Source: Pirellulales bacterium (lineage in GTDB: Bacteria > Planctomycetota > Planctomycetia > Pirellulales > UBA1268). From it: a stretch of 64,000 bases of DNA. The stretch's first letter is position 1. The number at the start of each line of letters is the position of its first letter. Shown piece after piece: positions 47,301 to 56,900 of this stretch. The stretch spans positions 717 to 64,716 of the forward strand of contig JBBAVS010000004.1 of NCBI GenBank assembly GCA_040397585.1, in the 5' to 3' direction. Below the pieces are notes generated by a model. The model was not told where the DNA came from. It ran no database searches and worked only from the letters and a program-made list of their open reading frames with translations. A program made the position numbers and the translations under genes.

Positions 47301-48338
47301 ACCATTCCGCTGACGTCGGCACCGCTCTTTATCTCAGGGGACGACGCGGCAGCGCTGGCGCGCGATCTGGCGAGCCTGACTCATGATGATGCCACCCTGC
47401 CACTGCAGGTGGTGATTCAGCCTGAGTCCGCTGGGGGACTGAACTGTGTGGTCAGGAATCGTACCGGCACCCGGCAGGCTGGGCACCTGACCGTCGCGGG
47501 CCAAGAAGAAACCTACGCCCTCGAGAAGGGCGGCGAGGTGCGGATCCAGATCAAGGATGGTCCGCGCGGAAACGAACCCGGACGCTTGAATCGTTGGTCC
47601 AGCGACGTGGTCCTCCAGCAGGATTCGGGCAAGGTGACGGAAATGCCCTTGGAGATGAGCTACTTTTACGTGCCGCGGATTCAGGGCGACCCGGACTGGT
47701 CGGCGGTAGCGCCACTGGAACTCGACGGGCGCCTTGGGGCGAACCGGGATCACACCGCACGCGCCTTTCTGCGCATGGCGTGGGATGACGAGGCTCTCCG
47801 CCTCTGCGTGGACGTTGAGGGCGACGGCCTTCGGGTGCCTGAGCGAGCGCTTCCGGGGGGTGAGCGACGCGGGCTCCAGAGCCTCGGCGATCCGCGGGTG
47901 GAGTTGTATTTGGATACGGCGGCAAACGGCCGGATCAGCGGCATCGACGGCCTTGACCATGACGACTATCAGTATGAGTTTGGGCTGCTGTCGTCGAACG
48001 AGGCGCTAGGCGCGAAGGTGAAGCGGGTGCGGGGCGTCTACCATCAGTTGGCAGACGGTGTGAATATGCCGACGGATGCCGATGTAGCGGAGGATGTTCC
48101 GTGCAGCTTCGCACACACCGGCAAGGGATATCGCCTCACACTGACGCTGCCGCAGCGTTTTGTGCTTCCCGTCACGTTGAAAGCCGGCGCGGCGTTCGGA
48201 GTGAACACGGTGGTGCGCGAGGATGGCCCATCGACCGATAGCGGCCCGCGGTCGAACGCCGCTGGGTTGGTCGCAGCGACTGACGATGGAGCGTCGCCGA
48301 AGCCTTTCACGTGGCCTGTCGCAGTTCTGGCCCCTTGA
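44343..48338 (+). CDS. Large (1331 aa) secreted protein: CBM4/9-like sugar-binding modules, a putative clan GH-A TIM-barrel glycosidase core and a C-terminal CBM9-like domain
   Basis: Start at MNRLRLGRTLVWAWAILLLGGVLGSAWGA (ATGA overlap with the upstream GT1). NPSFEQGLRYWTW. WAFGNEEEG (46461-46469 encodes GNE) and PIFYTEMF (Glu codon 46809-46811) lie about 115 aa apart. The C-terminus has LRMAWDDEALRLCVDV...VELYLDT. Confidence 0.6.
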   Translation: MNRLRLGRTLVWAWAILLLGGVLGSAWGAEGFPDPNPVFEGGTVGRRRPELVVDRGARDAPNDQREVLVEKPSLRVGNKVVAVRWSERAGGSPEDHVISIVVDRETVGRIVFWGDDGAGNYGYPFKELGHSKPSLQYDEAAESITYKKPYRARSGQEAVFSYTLRAVGDSRVELSWTLGRTEEDLAANPQPGGLGLWMSFPRYRDVRVDVGGKRLVPADVRELRELKSISHAAAGSLDYATDDPPKGFRVEGDGLKGDLRETLEELPGGEARYLLEYRVGYPGQEAENRLVIDLGEAAFQSQDVPAPVGGLDFWAVDATHVPRSPVRNVMPNPSFEQGLRYWTWMDGGARYEPSTKPRYEVVPEGCVGPSALLIREAQPDSAGMVSFPVPLEHGEVYTLSFHARANADSKLVVSLLSAGKAGKFNSPRGPWGDVENPDASFTIGRQWRRYSRTFKADVAGIRVGIMATRTTLIDGIQLEKGQAATDFVGPPLDGFLTTADPDNALAVGQPVAAAFTCTGLPGTRGVIVLAAKNAFGELVYQGRGRIVLGRSGVQSVPLPIDGKRLGEGVFVVQATYEMPDSSTYVDYHRFSIIRPLSNQHATKDLCGTIGLYDRISRGEDLARRLMEWGFGSTSWGYDADQPGERVRLEEKYRITNVANVLETKDSVAQGYMEWQTVSDDLERRIEDAAYRHARRYDPRRDRVWAFGNEEEGSYLVSHGLFEEHLRAQLATARGVLRAIPNAIMLPTCGTSGYSRLRGYDAMEGYLKAATHAGWRYGGIAVHPYGSIDGGTLSMHDLDEETARLLEQMRRFGYGPETPIFYTEMFNVPETYMPAWKADTCYDDYGAGKPTYDFGNREFLQAASAARAIVIMAKYWPQLRSANLWVSKPFMDMRLTPLLLCKAINTLGWQMSEVRHLADIKPSPKIRGYVFERPDGTGVAAVWCIDRDVERGFRRGPRIRVPFSQRVSFRDFMGCERDAEAAQDGFITIPLTSAPLFISGDDAAALARDLASLTHDDATLPLQVVIQPESAGGLNCVVRNRTGTRQAGHLTVAGQEETYALEKGGEVRIQIKDGPRGNEPGRLNRWSSDVVLQQDSGKVTEMPLEMSYFYVPRIQGDPDWSAVAPLELDGRLGANRDHTARAFLRMAWDDEALRLCVDVEGDGLRVPERALPGGERRGLQSLGDPRVELYLDTAANGRISGIDGLDHDDYQYEFGLLSSNEALGAKVKRVRGVYHQLADGVNMPTDADVAEDVPCSFAHTGKGYRLTLTLPQRFVLPVTLKAGAAFGVNTVVREDGPSTDSGPRSNAAGLVAATDDGASPKPFTWPVAVLAP

Positions 48339-48367
48339 AAGCCACAAGGCTTGTCTGCGCGAGTGCC

Positions 48368-48766
48368 ATGAGCCGACATCCGCGGCAGCCTCGTCGCTCA
48401 GCCTGGACCCTTACGGCAGCGACGTTCGGATACGCCTGCCTCCTGTTTTGGGCAACGCATGCGCCTGACGTGCGGCCGCCATCGATCGGTCCGCCGGGCG
48501 TTCCCTCCGACAAGATTTTTCATTTCCTGGGATACGCTGCGTTTGCCTTTCTTGCGACCCTGTCCCTCATCGTTTGGCGAGGCAGACACCGCGTCGTACT
48601 CATCACGGCGGTTTCGCTCGCCTTCATTGCGGGGCTCGATGAGCTTACGCAACCGCTGACGCATCGCGATGCGGAGTTTGCCGACTGGTGCGCCGATGCT
48701 GCGGGGGCTTTCGTAGGTGCCCTCCTCGCTCTTCGCTTGTTCGCGGCGGTGAGACAGTCAGGCTGA
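48368..48766 (+). CDS. VanZ-like family membrane protein
   Basis: DKIFHFLGYAAFAFL, GLDELTQ, RDAEFADWCADAAGAFVGA, and four TM segments. Confidence 0.7.
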   Translation: MSRHPRQPRRSAWTLTAATFGYACLLFWATHAPDVRPPSIGPPGVPSDKIFHFLGYAAFAFLATLSLIVWRGRHRVVLITAVSLAFIAGLDELTQPLTHRDAEFADWCADAAGAFVGALLALRLFAAVRQSG

Positions 48767-48786
48767 CACCCTGACGGAGTCTCTCC

Positions 48787-50760
48787 TTAAACCAGTCGCG
48801 TTCTCGGCGGGCGCACCTTCAAGGCCCCCGAAGAGTCGAGATAGGTCCGCCGGCATCTGTCGGCGTAGGTTCCCAAGGCGACGAGCAGCAGCGGCTTCAT
48901 CCAGTAGCTGGATCGCTGGTTTCTGACGAACTGCGTCCAGAGCCTCCGCACACCGTCGTGGTCGAGAAAAGGAATTGCGGCGAGGCCATCGATGCCTGCC
49001 TCGCATGAGTCGCGGAGTTGGTCGAACATCCAGTCTCCCAGGGGCAATGTGAATCCCGTTTTCTTTCGCTCGAGCACCTCGGGCGCGAGCAAATCACCAA
49101 CCGCGTCACGGAGGACCTTCTTCGGGGTGTGCCCTCCGCCAAGGTGGACGTGCCCGGGCGTCAGCCCAGCTTCCTCCAGGATTCTGCGGCCCACGAATGG
49201 CACCCGGAGTTCAATGGAGTGGGCCATGCTGTTCGTATCAGAGTCTCTCAGGAGCGTATTGCCCATGTAGTAACGGGTTTCGACGCACGACACGGCCCGA
49301 AAGACATCGCTGTTGGCACTGTTGCAGAGCCGCAGTTGGTCCTCGTCGAGAAAATGGTCGTCCAGTGAAAGAGCCGATGGCTCGAAGCCGAGCTGACGTA
49401 GTGTCGAGCGATCCAGCATCTGCTTGAGACTGAGGCAAATGTCAACGGGGTTTGCCGACGCATCGGCGAGCATTCGAAGCCGCGGCTGATATCGCCGGGG
49501 AATGAACGGCAGAAGCCCTGCGACCATGGCCTGACGGAGCCGCAGCGGCAGCATTGCCGCGATTCGTGCCGCCCTGAGAAGCTGCGGCACACGGAAGAAA
49601 TTGCCGTAGCCGCCGAAAATCTCATCGGCTCCAAGCCCGGAAAAAGCCACCTTGGCGTTTGCGGCGCGAACCGCGCCACTGATGATGAACGTGTTCAGGC
49701 CGTCGACACTCGGGCGATCCGCGGACGAAAGCCAGCGATCCCAGGTGTCGACGATGCTGTCGCGGGTGATGATGACTTGCTGATGGTGAGCTCCGATTCG
49801 CCGCGCCGTGATCTCGGCGACGTCCAGTTCGGACTTCATGCCGGGGCTCTCGAATCCGACGCAGAATGTGTTCACCGGCCCAATGGTTCGGGCCGCGAGT
49901 GACGCGATGACCGCGCTGTCTATGCCGCCGGAAAGAAAAAAGGCGAGCGGAACGTCTGAAGCGAGGTGCTCACGGACCGTTCTCTCCAGCGCTTCCCGTA
50001 GCGATGCGGCGGCCTCTTCGGGACGGCGGTTCGGCAGGGCCGCTGGCATTCGCCAGAACTCCACGCGAGCGCCCTCGATCACGTCGTTATCTCGCGGAGC
50101 GGCTCGAAGCCACTGATACGTGCCGCAGGGAAAGGACTTGATGGCCGCGTGGACGGTCAGAGGATCCTGCGGTGCGCCATAGGCGAGAAAGCCGGCCACA
50201 CCTGCCGGATCAAACTCGTCTGAAACCAGCCCGGAAGCGAGCAGGGTCCGGATCTCGCTTGCGAAGAGCAGGGCGCCGCGAGTGCGGGCGTAGTAGAGTG
50301 GCTTGATTCCGACCGGATCACGTGCCAACAGGACCCGCCGGCTCTTGGACTCGTAAAAAGCCAAGGCGAACATTCCGTCCAGCTCGTCGAGGGCCGCCTC
50401 GCCCCAGGCCGTGAGCGCCGCGAGCAGGACTTCCGTGTCGCCCGAACTGCGAAAGGTCACGCCCTGGGACTCGAGCTTTGCGCGAATCCCCCGGTAGTTG
50501 TAGATCTCGCCGTTGAAGACGAGACAGTTCCCTGTGGCGGCATCGAACATCGGCTGATGGCCGGCCATCGACAAGTCGAGAATCGCAAGGCGGCGAAAGC
50601 CGAGCGAGACCCAGATGTCGGCATGGTCGGTCGAGCCAAGGGGAAGCCGCTCGTAGCCCTCGTCATCCGGCCCGCGGTGGGGCATCGCCCGCATCATGCG
50701 GTGCGTGGCAGGTTCAATGAGGTCGGCATTCGTTCCAACGACGCCGCAGATGCCGCACAT
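48787..50760 (-). CDS. asnB: Asparagine synthase (glutamine-hydrolysing)-family amidotransferase, copy 1
   Basis: N-terminal nucleophile MCGICGV, GHQPM, NGEIYN, SGDTEV, and the PP-loop FLSGGIDS. Confidence 0.88.
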   Translation of the reverse strand: MCGICGVVGTNADLIEPATHRMMRAMPHRGPDDEGYERLPLGSTDHADIWVSLGFRRLAILDLSMAGHQPMFDAATGNCLVFNGEIYNYRGIRAKLESQGVTFRSSGDTEVLLAALTAWGEAALDELDGMFALAFYESKSRRVLLARDPVGIKPLYYARTRGALLFASEIRTLLASGLVSDEFDPAGVAGFLAYGAPQDPLTVHAAIKSFPCGTYQWLRAAPRDNDVIEGARVEFWRMPAALPNRRPEEAAASLREALERTVREHLASDVPLAFFLSGGIDSAVIASLAARTIGPVNTFCVGFESPGMKSELDVAEITARRIGAHHQQVIITRDSIVDTWDRWLSSADRPSVDGLNTFIISGAVRAANAKVAFSGLGADEIFGGYGNFFRVPQLLRAARIAAMLPLRLRQAMVAGLLPFIPRRYQPRLRMLADASANPVDICLSLKQMLDRSTLRQLGFEPSALSLDDHFLDEDQLRLCNSANSDVFRAVSCVETRYYMGNTLLRDSDTNSMAHSIELRVPFVGRRILEEAGLTPGHVHLGGGHTPKKVLRDAVGDLLAPEVLERKKTGFTLPLGDWMFDQLRDSCEAGIDGLAAIPFLDHDGVRRLWTQFVRNQRSSYWMKPLLLVALGTYADRCRRTYLDSSGALKVRPPRTRLV

Positions 50761-50913
50761 GGAACGTGATGCCGAGTTCGTCGCTGGGAGGGGGCATGTG
50801 CGGGACGCGGGTGAGCAACTCTCCGCCCTTAGATATTAGTCGACGAGACGCCGGTTTCCAAGCGGTCGCGACGTCGCACTACCCGTGCGGATGTCCGCCT
50901 TCAGGCCCGAGGA

Positions 50914-52833
50914 TCAGCCGTGGCGGCTTAACGATTCGACATAACTTCCGAGTGACACAAGCAGCATGGGTTTCATCCAATAACTGTGCTCGCGGTCTGA
51001 AACCATGTCGGACCACAAGGCAGAGGTGGCCGCATGATCAAGAAACGGAACAGATGACAGAGCACCGACCGCGGCTTCACACGAGTCCCGAAGCCCGCCG
51101 AACATCCAGTCATGCACCGGCAAGGTGAAGCCGGTCTTTGCTCGGCTCATGATGCGATGTGGCACCACATCGGCGACCGCCTTTCGCAGGAGATGCTTCG
51201 GCGTGTTGTCGGGGCCTCGATGAACTCGACCGCTCAACCGCGCCGCGCGTGTGGCAAATCGCGGAGAGACGAAGGGCACTCGCACCTCGATCGAGTGGGC
51301 CATGCTGTTGATGTCGGTGTCGCGCAGGAGCGTGTTGCCCATGTAGAGCGACGACTCTGCCCTCGACACGGCAACGAAAGGGTCGCTGTCGAGATCGGCG
51401 AAGAACCGGTCCACCTCCCCCGGCAGGTAATCGTCGCGCAGCCCGAGTTCCGCCGCCGGTAGCCCTAGCGCGGTGAGCATTTCAGGCAAAAGGAACTGTC
51501 TCAGGCCGAGCGTGGTTTGGACACCAGACCCGCCGCAGTCGGCGAGGAGTCGCAAGCGGGTTCGATACCTCCGCGGCGCCCAGCGGGCGACAAGGTTCGC
51601 CGCTTCTCGTCGCGGGCCCGCGGGGAGGACGGCGATCCGCTTGAGGATGGGCGACAGCCGTCGCACACGCTGAAAGCTGCCATAGCCTCCAAAGAGCTCG
51701 TCGGCGCCGAGCCCGGACAAGGCGACGATTACCCCCGCCTTGCGAACGGCGTGGCAGACGATGAAAGTGTTGAGGCCGTCCACGCTCGGGCGATCGGCGG
51801 CGGCCAGCCATCCGTCCCATAACCCGCGAATGTCGCGATCATTCAGCAGAATCTCCGTGTGGTCGCTGCCGAGCTCGCGGGCTGTTGCGGCAGCCACCTC
51901 CGTCTCCGATTGCATCGACGGGCTGTCGAATCCAACCGAATAGGTCGAGATACGGCCGAAATGCCGGGTGGCCAAGGCAGCAATCGCCGTGCTGTCGATG
52001 CCGGCGGACAGAAAGCAGCCAGTCCGAACGTCCGCGATGAGGTGGCTCGCGACGGTTTCGTCCAGCAGCGAACGTATTTCAGCGACGGCGTCCGATTCCG
52101 ACACCGTATGGTCAACGGGCGGATATTGCCAATACTCGACAGGAGGCTGGTGTGAGAGCGTCTTCGTGGTGTCGTCGGTGGAAATCCATTGATAGCAACC
52201 CGACGGGAACGAGCGAATGTCCCTATGGACGGTCAGCGGATCCTGGGGGGCTCCGTACATGAGGAAGCTAGCGACCCCCGCTGGATCGAGGTCTTTGCTG
52301 ACGAGTCGCGAGGCCAAGAGCGGTCGCACTTCGCTCGCGAACAGCAGGCGGCGAGGAGTCTCAGAGACGTACAGCGGCTTGATGCCGAGCGGGTCACGCG
52401 CCAAGAGAACTCGCCGCGTCGACGCCTGGTAGAAGGCCAGCGCGAACATGCCGTCCAGCCGTGCCAACGCGTGTTCGCCCCATGTGGAGAGGGCTTGAAG
52501 GAGTACCTCAGTGTCGCCCGAGCTTCGCAACCGTATGCCCGCCACCATCAGCTGGGCGCGAAGCTGGCGGAAGTTATAGATCTCACCATTGAAGACGAGA
52601 CAATCCCCAGTCGCAGGATTGAACATCGGCTGATGCCCAGCCGGAGTGAGATCGAGGATCGAGAGGCGGCGAAAGCCGAAGCCTGCGGAAAACTGCGCCC
52701 CGTCCGCGTCAAGTCGAAGTTGCTCGTAGCCGGCGTCGTCTGGCCCCCGATGGATCATGGCATCCATCATGCGACGAACAGCTGGCTCTATTTCAGCCCG
52801 TTCGTCACTCAACACGCCGCAGATGCCGCACAT
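50914..52833 (-). CDS. asnB: Asparagine synthase (glutamine-hydrolysing)-family amidotransferase, copy 2
   Basis: MCGICGV, GHQPM, NGEIYN, SGDTEV, and FLSAGIDS. It is colinear with copy 1. Confidence 0.88.
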   Translation of the reverse strand: MCGICGVLSDERAEIEPAVRRMMDAMIHRGPDDAGYEQLRLDADGAQFSAGFGFRRLSILDLTPAGHQPMFNPATGDCLVFNGEIYNFRQLRAQLMVAGIRLRSSGDTEVLLQALSTWGEHALARLDGMFALAFYQASTRRVLLARDPLGIKPLYVSETPRRLLFASEVRPLLASRLVSKDLDPAGVASFLMYGAPQDPLTVHRDIRSFPSGCYQWISTDDTTKTLSHQPPVEYWQYPPVDHTVSESDAVAEIRSLLDETVASHLIADVRTGCFLSAGIDSTAIAALATRHFGRISTYSVGFDSPSMQSETEVAAATARELGSDHTEILLNDRDIRGLWDGWLAAADRPSVDGLNTFIVCHAVRKAGVIVALSGLGADELFGGYGSFQRVRRLSPILKRIAVLPAGPRREAANLVARWAPRRYRTRLRLLADCGGSGVQTTLGLRQFLLPEMLTALGLPAAELGLRDDYLPGEVDRFFADLDSDPFVAVSRAESSLYMGNTLLRDTDINSMAHSIEVRVPFVSPRFATRAARLSGRVHRGPDNTPKHLLRKAVADVVPHRIMSRAKTGFTLPVHDWMFGGLRDSCEAAVGALSSVPFLDHAATSALWSDMVSDREHSYWMKPMLLVSLGSYVESLSRHG

Positions 52834-52927
52834 TCAGAAAAGCCCAATCCCTGTCCGCTTTTTCCCCATTATGGTGGGCTCCCCCCTAAAAGGCGAGAGG
52901 AGGTGAATGGCGGCTGAAAAAGTTGCG

Positions 52928-52952
52928 AAAACGGTCGAGAGAAACGGTCGAG
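52928..52952. promoter_or_regulatory. Direct repeat AAACGGTCGAG x2 in the divergent intergenic region
   Basis: aaacggtcgag occurs at 52928-52938 and 52942-52952. It lies between the divergent asnB-type gene and the GalU-like gene. Confidence 0.25.
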
Positions 52953-53112
52953 CGATAGAGGAGACGGTACATGAGCGGGACTCTGATAACCACCGTCCCA
53001 GGTCGGCCTTTCGCGTATGAAAGGATTCCCCGGCCGCGGGCCTGGAGGCTTGCTTTTCGGTCATCTGCAGCCATCCTGTTGAGGGTTCGACCGCCGCGGC
53101 AGGGCAATCCCC

Positions 53113-53952
53113 GTGAAACTACGCCGAGCCGTGATCACCGCCGCCGGGCGGGACGGGCAGCAACTTCCCCTGCAGCGGCTGATCGACCGCGATGGCATCC
53201 CCAAGACGGCCCTCCAGATCGTCGTGGAGGAGGCCGTGGCGGCTGGGACCGACGAAATCGCCATCGTCGTGCGGCCGGGCGATGAGGCGGCGTTTCGGGC
53301 TGCCGCCGGGGGCTCGGCCTCGCGGCTCGAACTTCTACCCCAGGTCGAGCCGCTCGGCTACGGAAACGCCATTCAGGTAACCCGGGCGTTCGTTGGTGAT
53401 GAGCCGTTCCTGCACTTCGTCGGTGACCACCTCTATGTGAGCGATGGGGCCGCCCGCTGCGCACAGCAACTCGTGGCCGTGGCGGAGGCTGAGGATTGCT
53501 CAGTGTCGGCCGTGCAGGCCACTCGCGAAAGCATGCTGCCGTTCTATGGAACCGTTGGCGGACGACGCGTGCCCGAGTCTCGGGGCCTGTATGAAGTCGA
53601 AACGGTCGTGGAGAAGCCCACGCCGACCCGGGCAGAGCAAGACTTGATCGTGCCCGGCCTTCGTGCGGGACACTATCTTTGCTTCTTCGGCATGCACGTG
53701 CTCACGCCTGCCATCTTCGACCTCTTGGCGGCGCTCGGCGACGCGGGTCAGCGGCAGCTCTCGCCGGCCCTCGCCCAGTTGGCGGCACGCGAGCGATATC
53801 TCGCCTACGAGGTTCATGGCCGGCGCTTCAATCTCGGCGAGACGTATGGCCTGCTCGTGGCCCAACTCGCCCTTGGGCTCGCCGGCCACGACCGCACGGA
53901 GATCCTCGCGCAGATCGTCGAACTCCTCGCCCGGCAGCCGCAGGCGCGCTGA
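53113..53952 (+). CDS. GalU-like sugar-1-phosphate nucleotidyltransferase with a diverged glycine-rich loop
   Basis: GTG start. [14 protein letters not shown] sits where the GxGTRxLP loop is expected. Also [23 protein letters not shown], and VVEKP. Confidence 0.65.
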   Translation: MKLRRAVITAAGRDGQQLPLQRLIDRDGIPKTALQIVVEEAVAAGTDEIAIVVRPGDEAAFRAAAGGSASRLELLPQVEPLGYGNAIQVTRAFVGDEPFLHFVGDHLYVSDGAARCAQQLVAVAEAEDCSVSAVQATRESMLPFYGTVGGRRVPESRGLYEVETVVEKPTPTRAEQDLIVPGLRAGHYLCFFGMHVLTPAIFDLLAALGDAGQRQLSPALAQLAARERYLAYEVHGRRFNLGETYGLLVAQLALGLAGHDRTEILAQIVELLARQPQAR

Positions 53953-53954
53953 CC

Positions 53955-56900
53955 ATGGCCGCCACCGTGCCATCGCGGCTCGTCGCGATCATCACCGCCG
54001 CCGACCCTGCCACGCGGGATCAGTCGATGGAGTCCGTGTGTCGAGGGGCTGCGCTCGAGGAGTTGCTCGGGGAGAGCGCCGCGCTCGAGCGGTTTCGCCG
54101 CGAAAGCGGCAACCTCTACGAACGCGTGAGGGCATTGTTTTTTCTCTACGCGATCCACCGGTTTCATATGCCGGCACGGCTGGCAGGGGAGGTCCCCATC
54201 GCTTACGCGATTGGGCTTCCTGAGGGAGAGAGCCGTGGGGTCGGCCATCTCGATGCCGCGCTGATTCCCTACGAGGGCTACCAGCATCTGCTGAACCGGC
54301 GGTTCGAGGAGGCGATCGAGACTTTCCTTTCGACGCAGGAATCCAACGGACCGTCGGACGCGGTCTCCAGCGCCCTCGCGACAGCGTATCGCGATCTCGG
54401 GCTCCAGACGCTGGCCAATCAGGTGCGGCGGAGCGTCCGCAGCCTTCGCGGCAACCAATGGATGTTTCGCGTTGGCCATCCCGCCGATCACGCCCTGCGC
54501 ATCCGGCCGGAACTGCTCGCCAAGTCTGCCGTCGGGCCGGATGGCGCGGGCATGTATCCGGTGCTTCGGGAATCGACGCCCGTCCGGATGGATCTCTCGC
54601 ATTCCGGGTGGAGCGACATCTTCTTCCTCGGGATGGACTTTCCCGAGGGGGCGCGGGTGCTCAACGTGTCGATCGACCTCGCCGTACATGGTCGCGACGC
54701 GGCCCCAAAGCCTCCGGTCGAAGCCTATCTGCGGGTGATCGACGAACCCGTCTTGAGGCTCACCAGTGTGGACCTCGGCGCCACGGCCGAGATCACCGAT
54801 CTTGCGGAGGTGTTTGATTTTGCCCGCGACTACCTCGGCCTTTTGAAGGCAGCCGTGATCGCGGCCGGGATCGTGCCCCCGGGTGTGGAGGGATCGGGCG
54901 AAAACCTGGCGACGCTCCTCGAACGCGTTGTCGGTCCCGGCTTGGGCCTCGAACTCGTCAGCAGCGTCAACAACATCCCGAAGGGATCGCGGCTTGCCGT
55001 ATCCACGAATCTGCTCGCGGCGTTGATCGCCGCCTGCATGCGGGCCACCGGACAGGCGGCAGCGCTCACCGGGCAACTCACCGAAGCCGAACGGCGGCTC
55101 GTGGCGGCGCGGGCCATCCTCGGCGAGTGGCTCGGCGGCAGCGGCGGCGGCTGGCAAGATTCCGGGGGCGTCTGGCCCGCGGCGAAGCTCATCCGGGGTG
55201 TCGCGGCCGCGGAAGGCGATCCGGAACACGGCATGAGCCGCGGCCGGCTCCTGCCGCGGCACGACGCCGTGAAGCTCGGGGCCGACCTCCAGGAGTCGCT
55301 GGTACTCGTGCACGGCGGGATGGCACAGAACGTGGGGCCGATCCTGGAGATGGTGACCGAAAAGTATCTCCTGCGGAGTGAGACTGAATGGCGGGCCCGG
55401 CAGGAGGCGGGGGAGGTGCTCGACGAGATCATCGCCGCCGTGGAGGCGGGCGACGTGAACCGGATCGCCGCGGCCACGACGCGAAACTTCTTTGGCCCGA
55501 TTCAGGCGATCATCCCGTGGGCGACGAACCTCTACACCGAAACGATCATCGACCGCGTGCGGGAGCGGTTCGGTGACCGCTTTCGTGGCTTCTGGATGCT
55601 CGGCGGTATGTCGGGCGGCGGCATGGGATTTATCTTCTCGCCCGAAGCGAAGGCCGAGGCCCAGGAGGCCCTCGCTGAGATCATGCGGCAGGCGAAGCGG
55701 GAACTGGAACATGCCCTTCCGTTCGCCATGGAGCCCGTCGTCTACGACTTCGCCGTCAACGACCGCGGCACGTGGGGCGACCTGCTGTCTGGCCCTGCCG
55801 CCTTGATGCCCGCCGGCTATTACGCGTTGACGGTGCCCACGCTCTTGAAGCGGCAGACGCTACCGCCGTCGCGGCGGGCCGAACTCGACGCCTTCGGGGC
55901 CGCCTGTCGGACGCAGCCCCAGCTCGCCGGGATGGTGGACACGCTCTTCGACCGGCTCTTCCCGCGGACAGCCGGGCGGGGGTCGGCGGCCGATCTTCGC
56001 CGCCTGCTGTCCGACCTCGGCTTCGATGAGGTGCAGCACGAGCAGATTCGCGCCGACCTGCAGCACGGGCGGATCGGCCTGGCGCAGAACCGGCTTCCCG
56101 CCGCCACCTCGCTCGAAGACGTGGAGGATAACGATGTGAGCTTTTCAGGATCGCGCGACGAGGCGACGTTTCGGGAGGCAGGCCTCGTGGCCCTTGCCCG
56201 CGGCGAAGCGGCGGTCGTGACCCTTGCCGCCGGCGTGGGCAGCCGCTGGACGCAGGGGGCCGGCGTCGTCAAAGCCCTGAACCCCTTCTGCCGGCTCGGC
56301 GGCCGGCACCGATCGTTTCTGGAGGTGCACCTTGCGAAGACGCGGGCGACCGGCCGGATGGCCGGTATGCCGGTGCCGCACGTTGCCACCACGAGCCACC
56401 TGACGCACGAGCAGATCGCGGCGGCGATCGCCCGCTGGAACGTGGCCGACCTGCCGGTCGTGCTCTCGCCGGGCCGTGCCGTGGGGCTCCGGATGGTGCC
56501 GATGACCCGTGATCTGCGGTTCGCGTGGGAGGAACTCTCGCATCAGGTGCTCGACGAGCAGAAGCAGAAGGTACGCGACAGCCTGCATGCGGCGCTGCTC
56601 GCCTGGGCGGAGTCGGCCGGCGAAGGAAGCGACTACACCGACAACCTCCCGCTCCAGTGCCTTCACCCCGTAGGGCATTGGTACGAGATCCCCAACATGC
56701 TCCGCAATGGCGTGTTGCGGACGCTCTTGGCCGAGCGGCCGAATCTCCGCTGGCTGTTCCTCCACAACATCGACACCGTCGGAGCCGACCTCGATCCCGC
56801 CCTGCTGGGCCGGCACATCGCCGGCGCATCGTGCCTGACGTATGAGGTGATTCCGCGGCGGATCGAGGATCGCGGGGGCGGACTGGCCCGCGTCAACGGT

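Noticed and set aside
53814-55712. 632-aa minus-strand ORF antisense to the kinase/pyrophosphorylase gene. Similar long antisense ORFs occur at 15690-16862, 36265-37197, 45660-46973, 56145-57131, 59109-59909 and 62521-63543.
   Set aside because: All are Arg/Pro/Gly/His-rich with no recognisable motifs. Each lies opposite a frame with clear family motifs and GC3 bias, so I regard them as GC-driven open frames.
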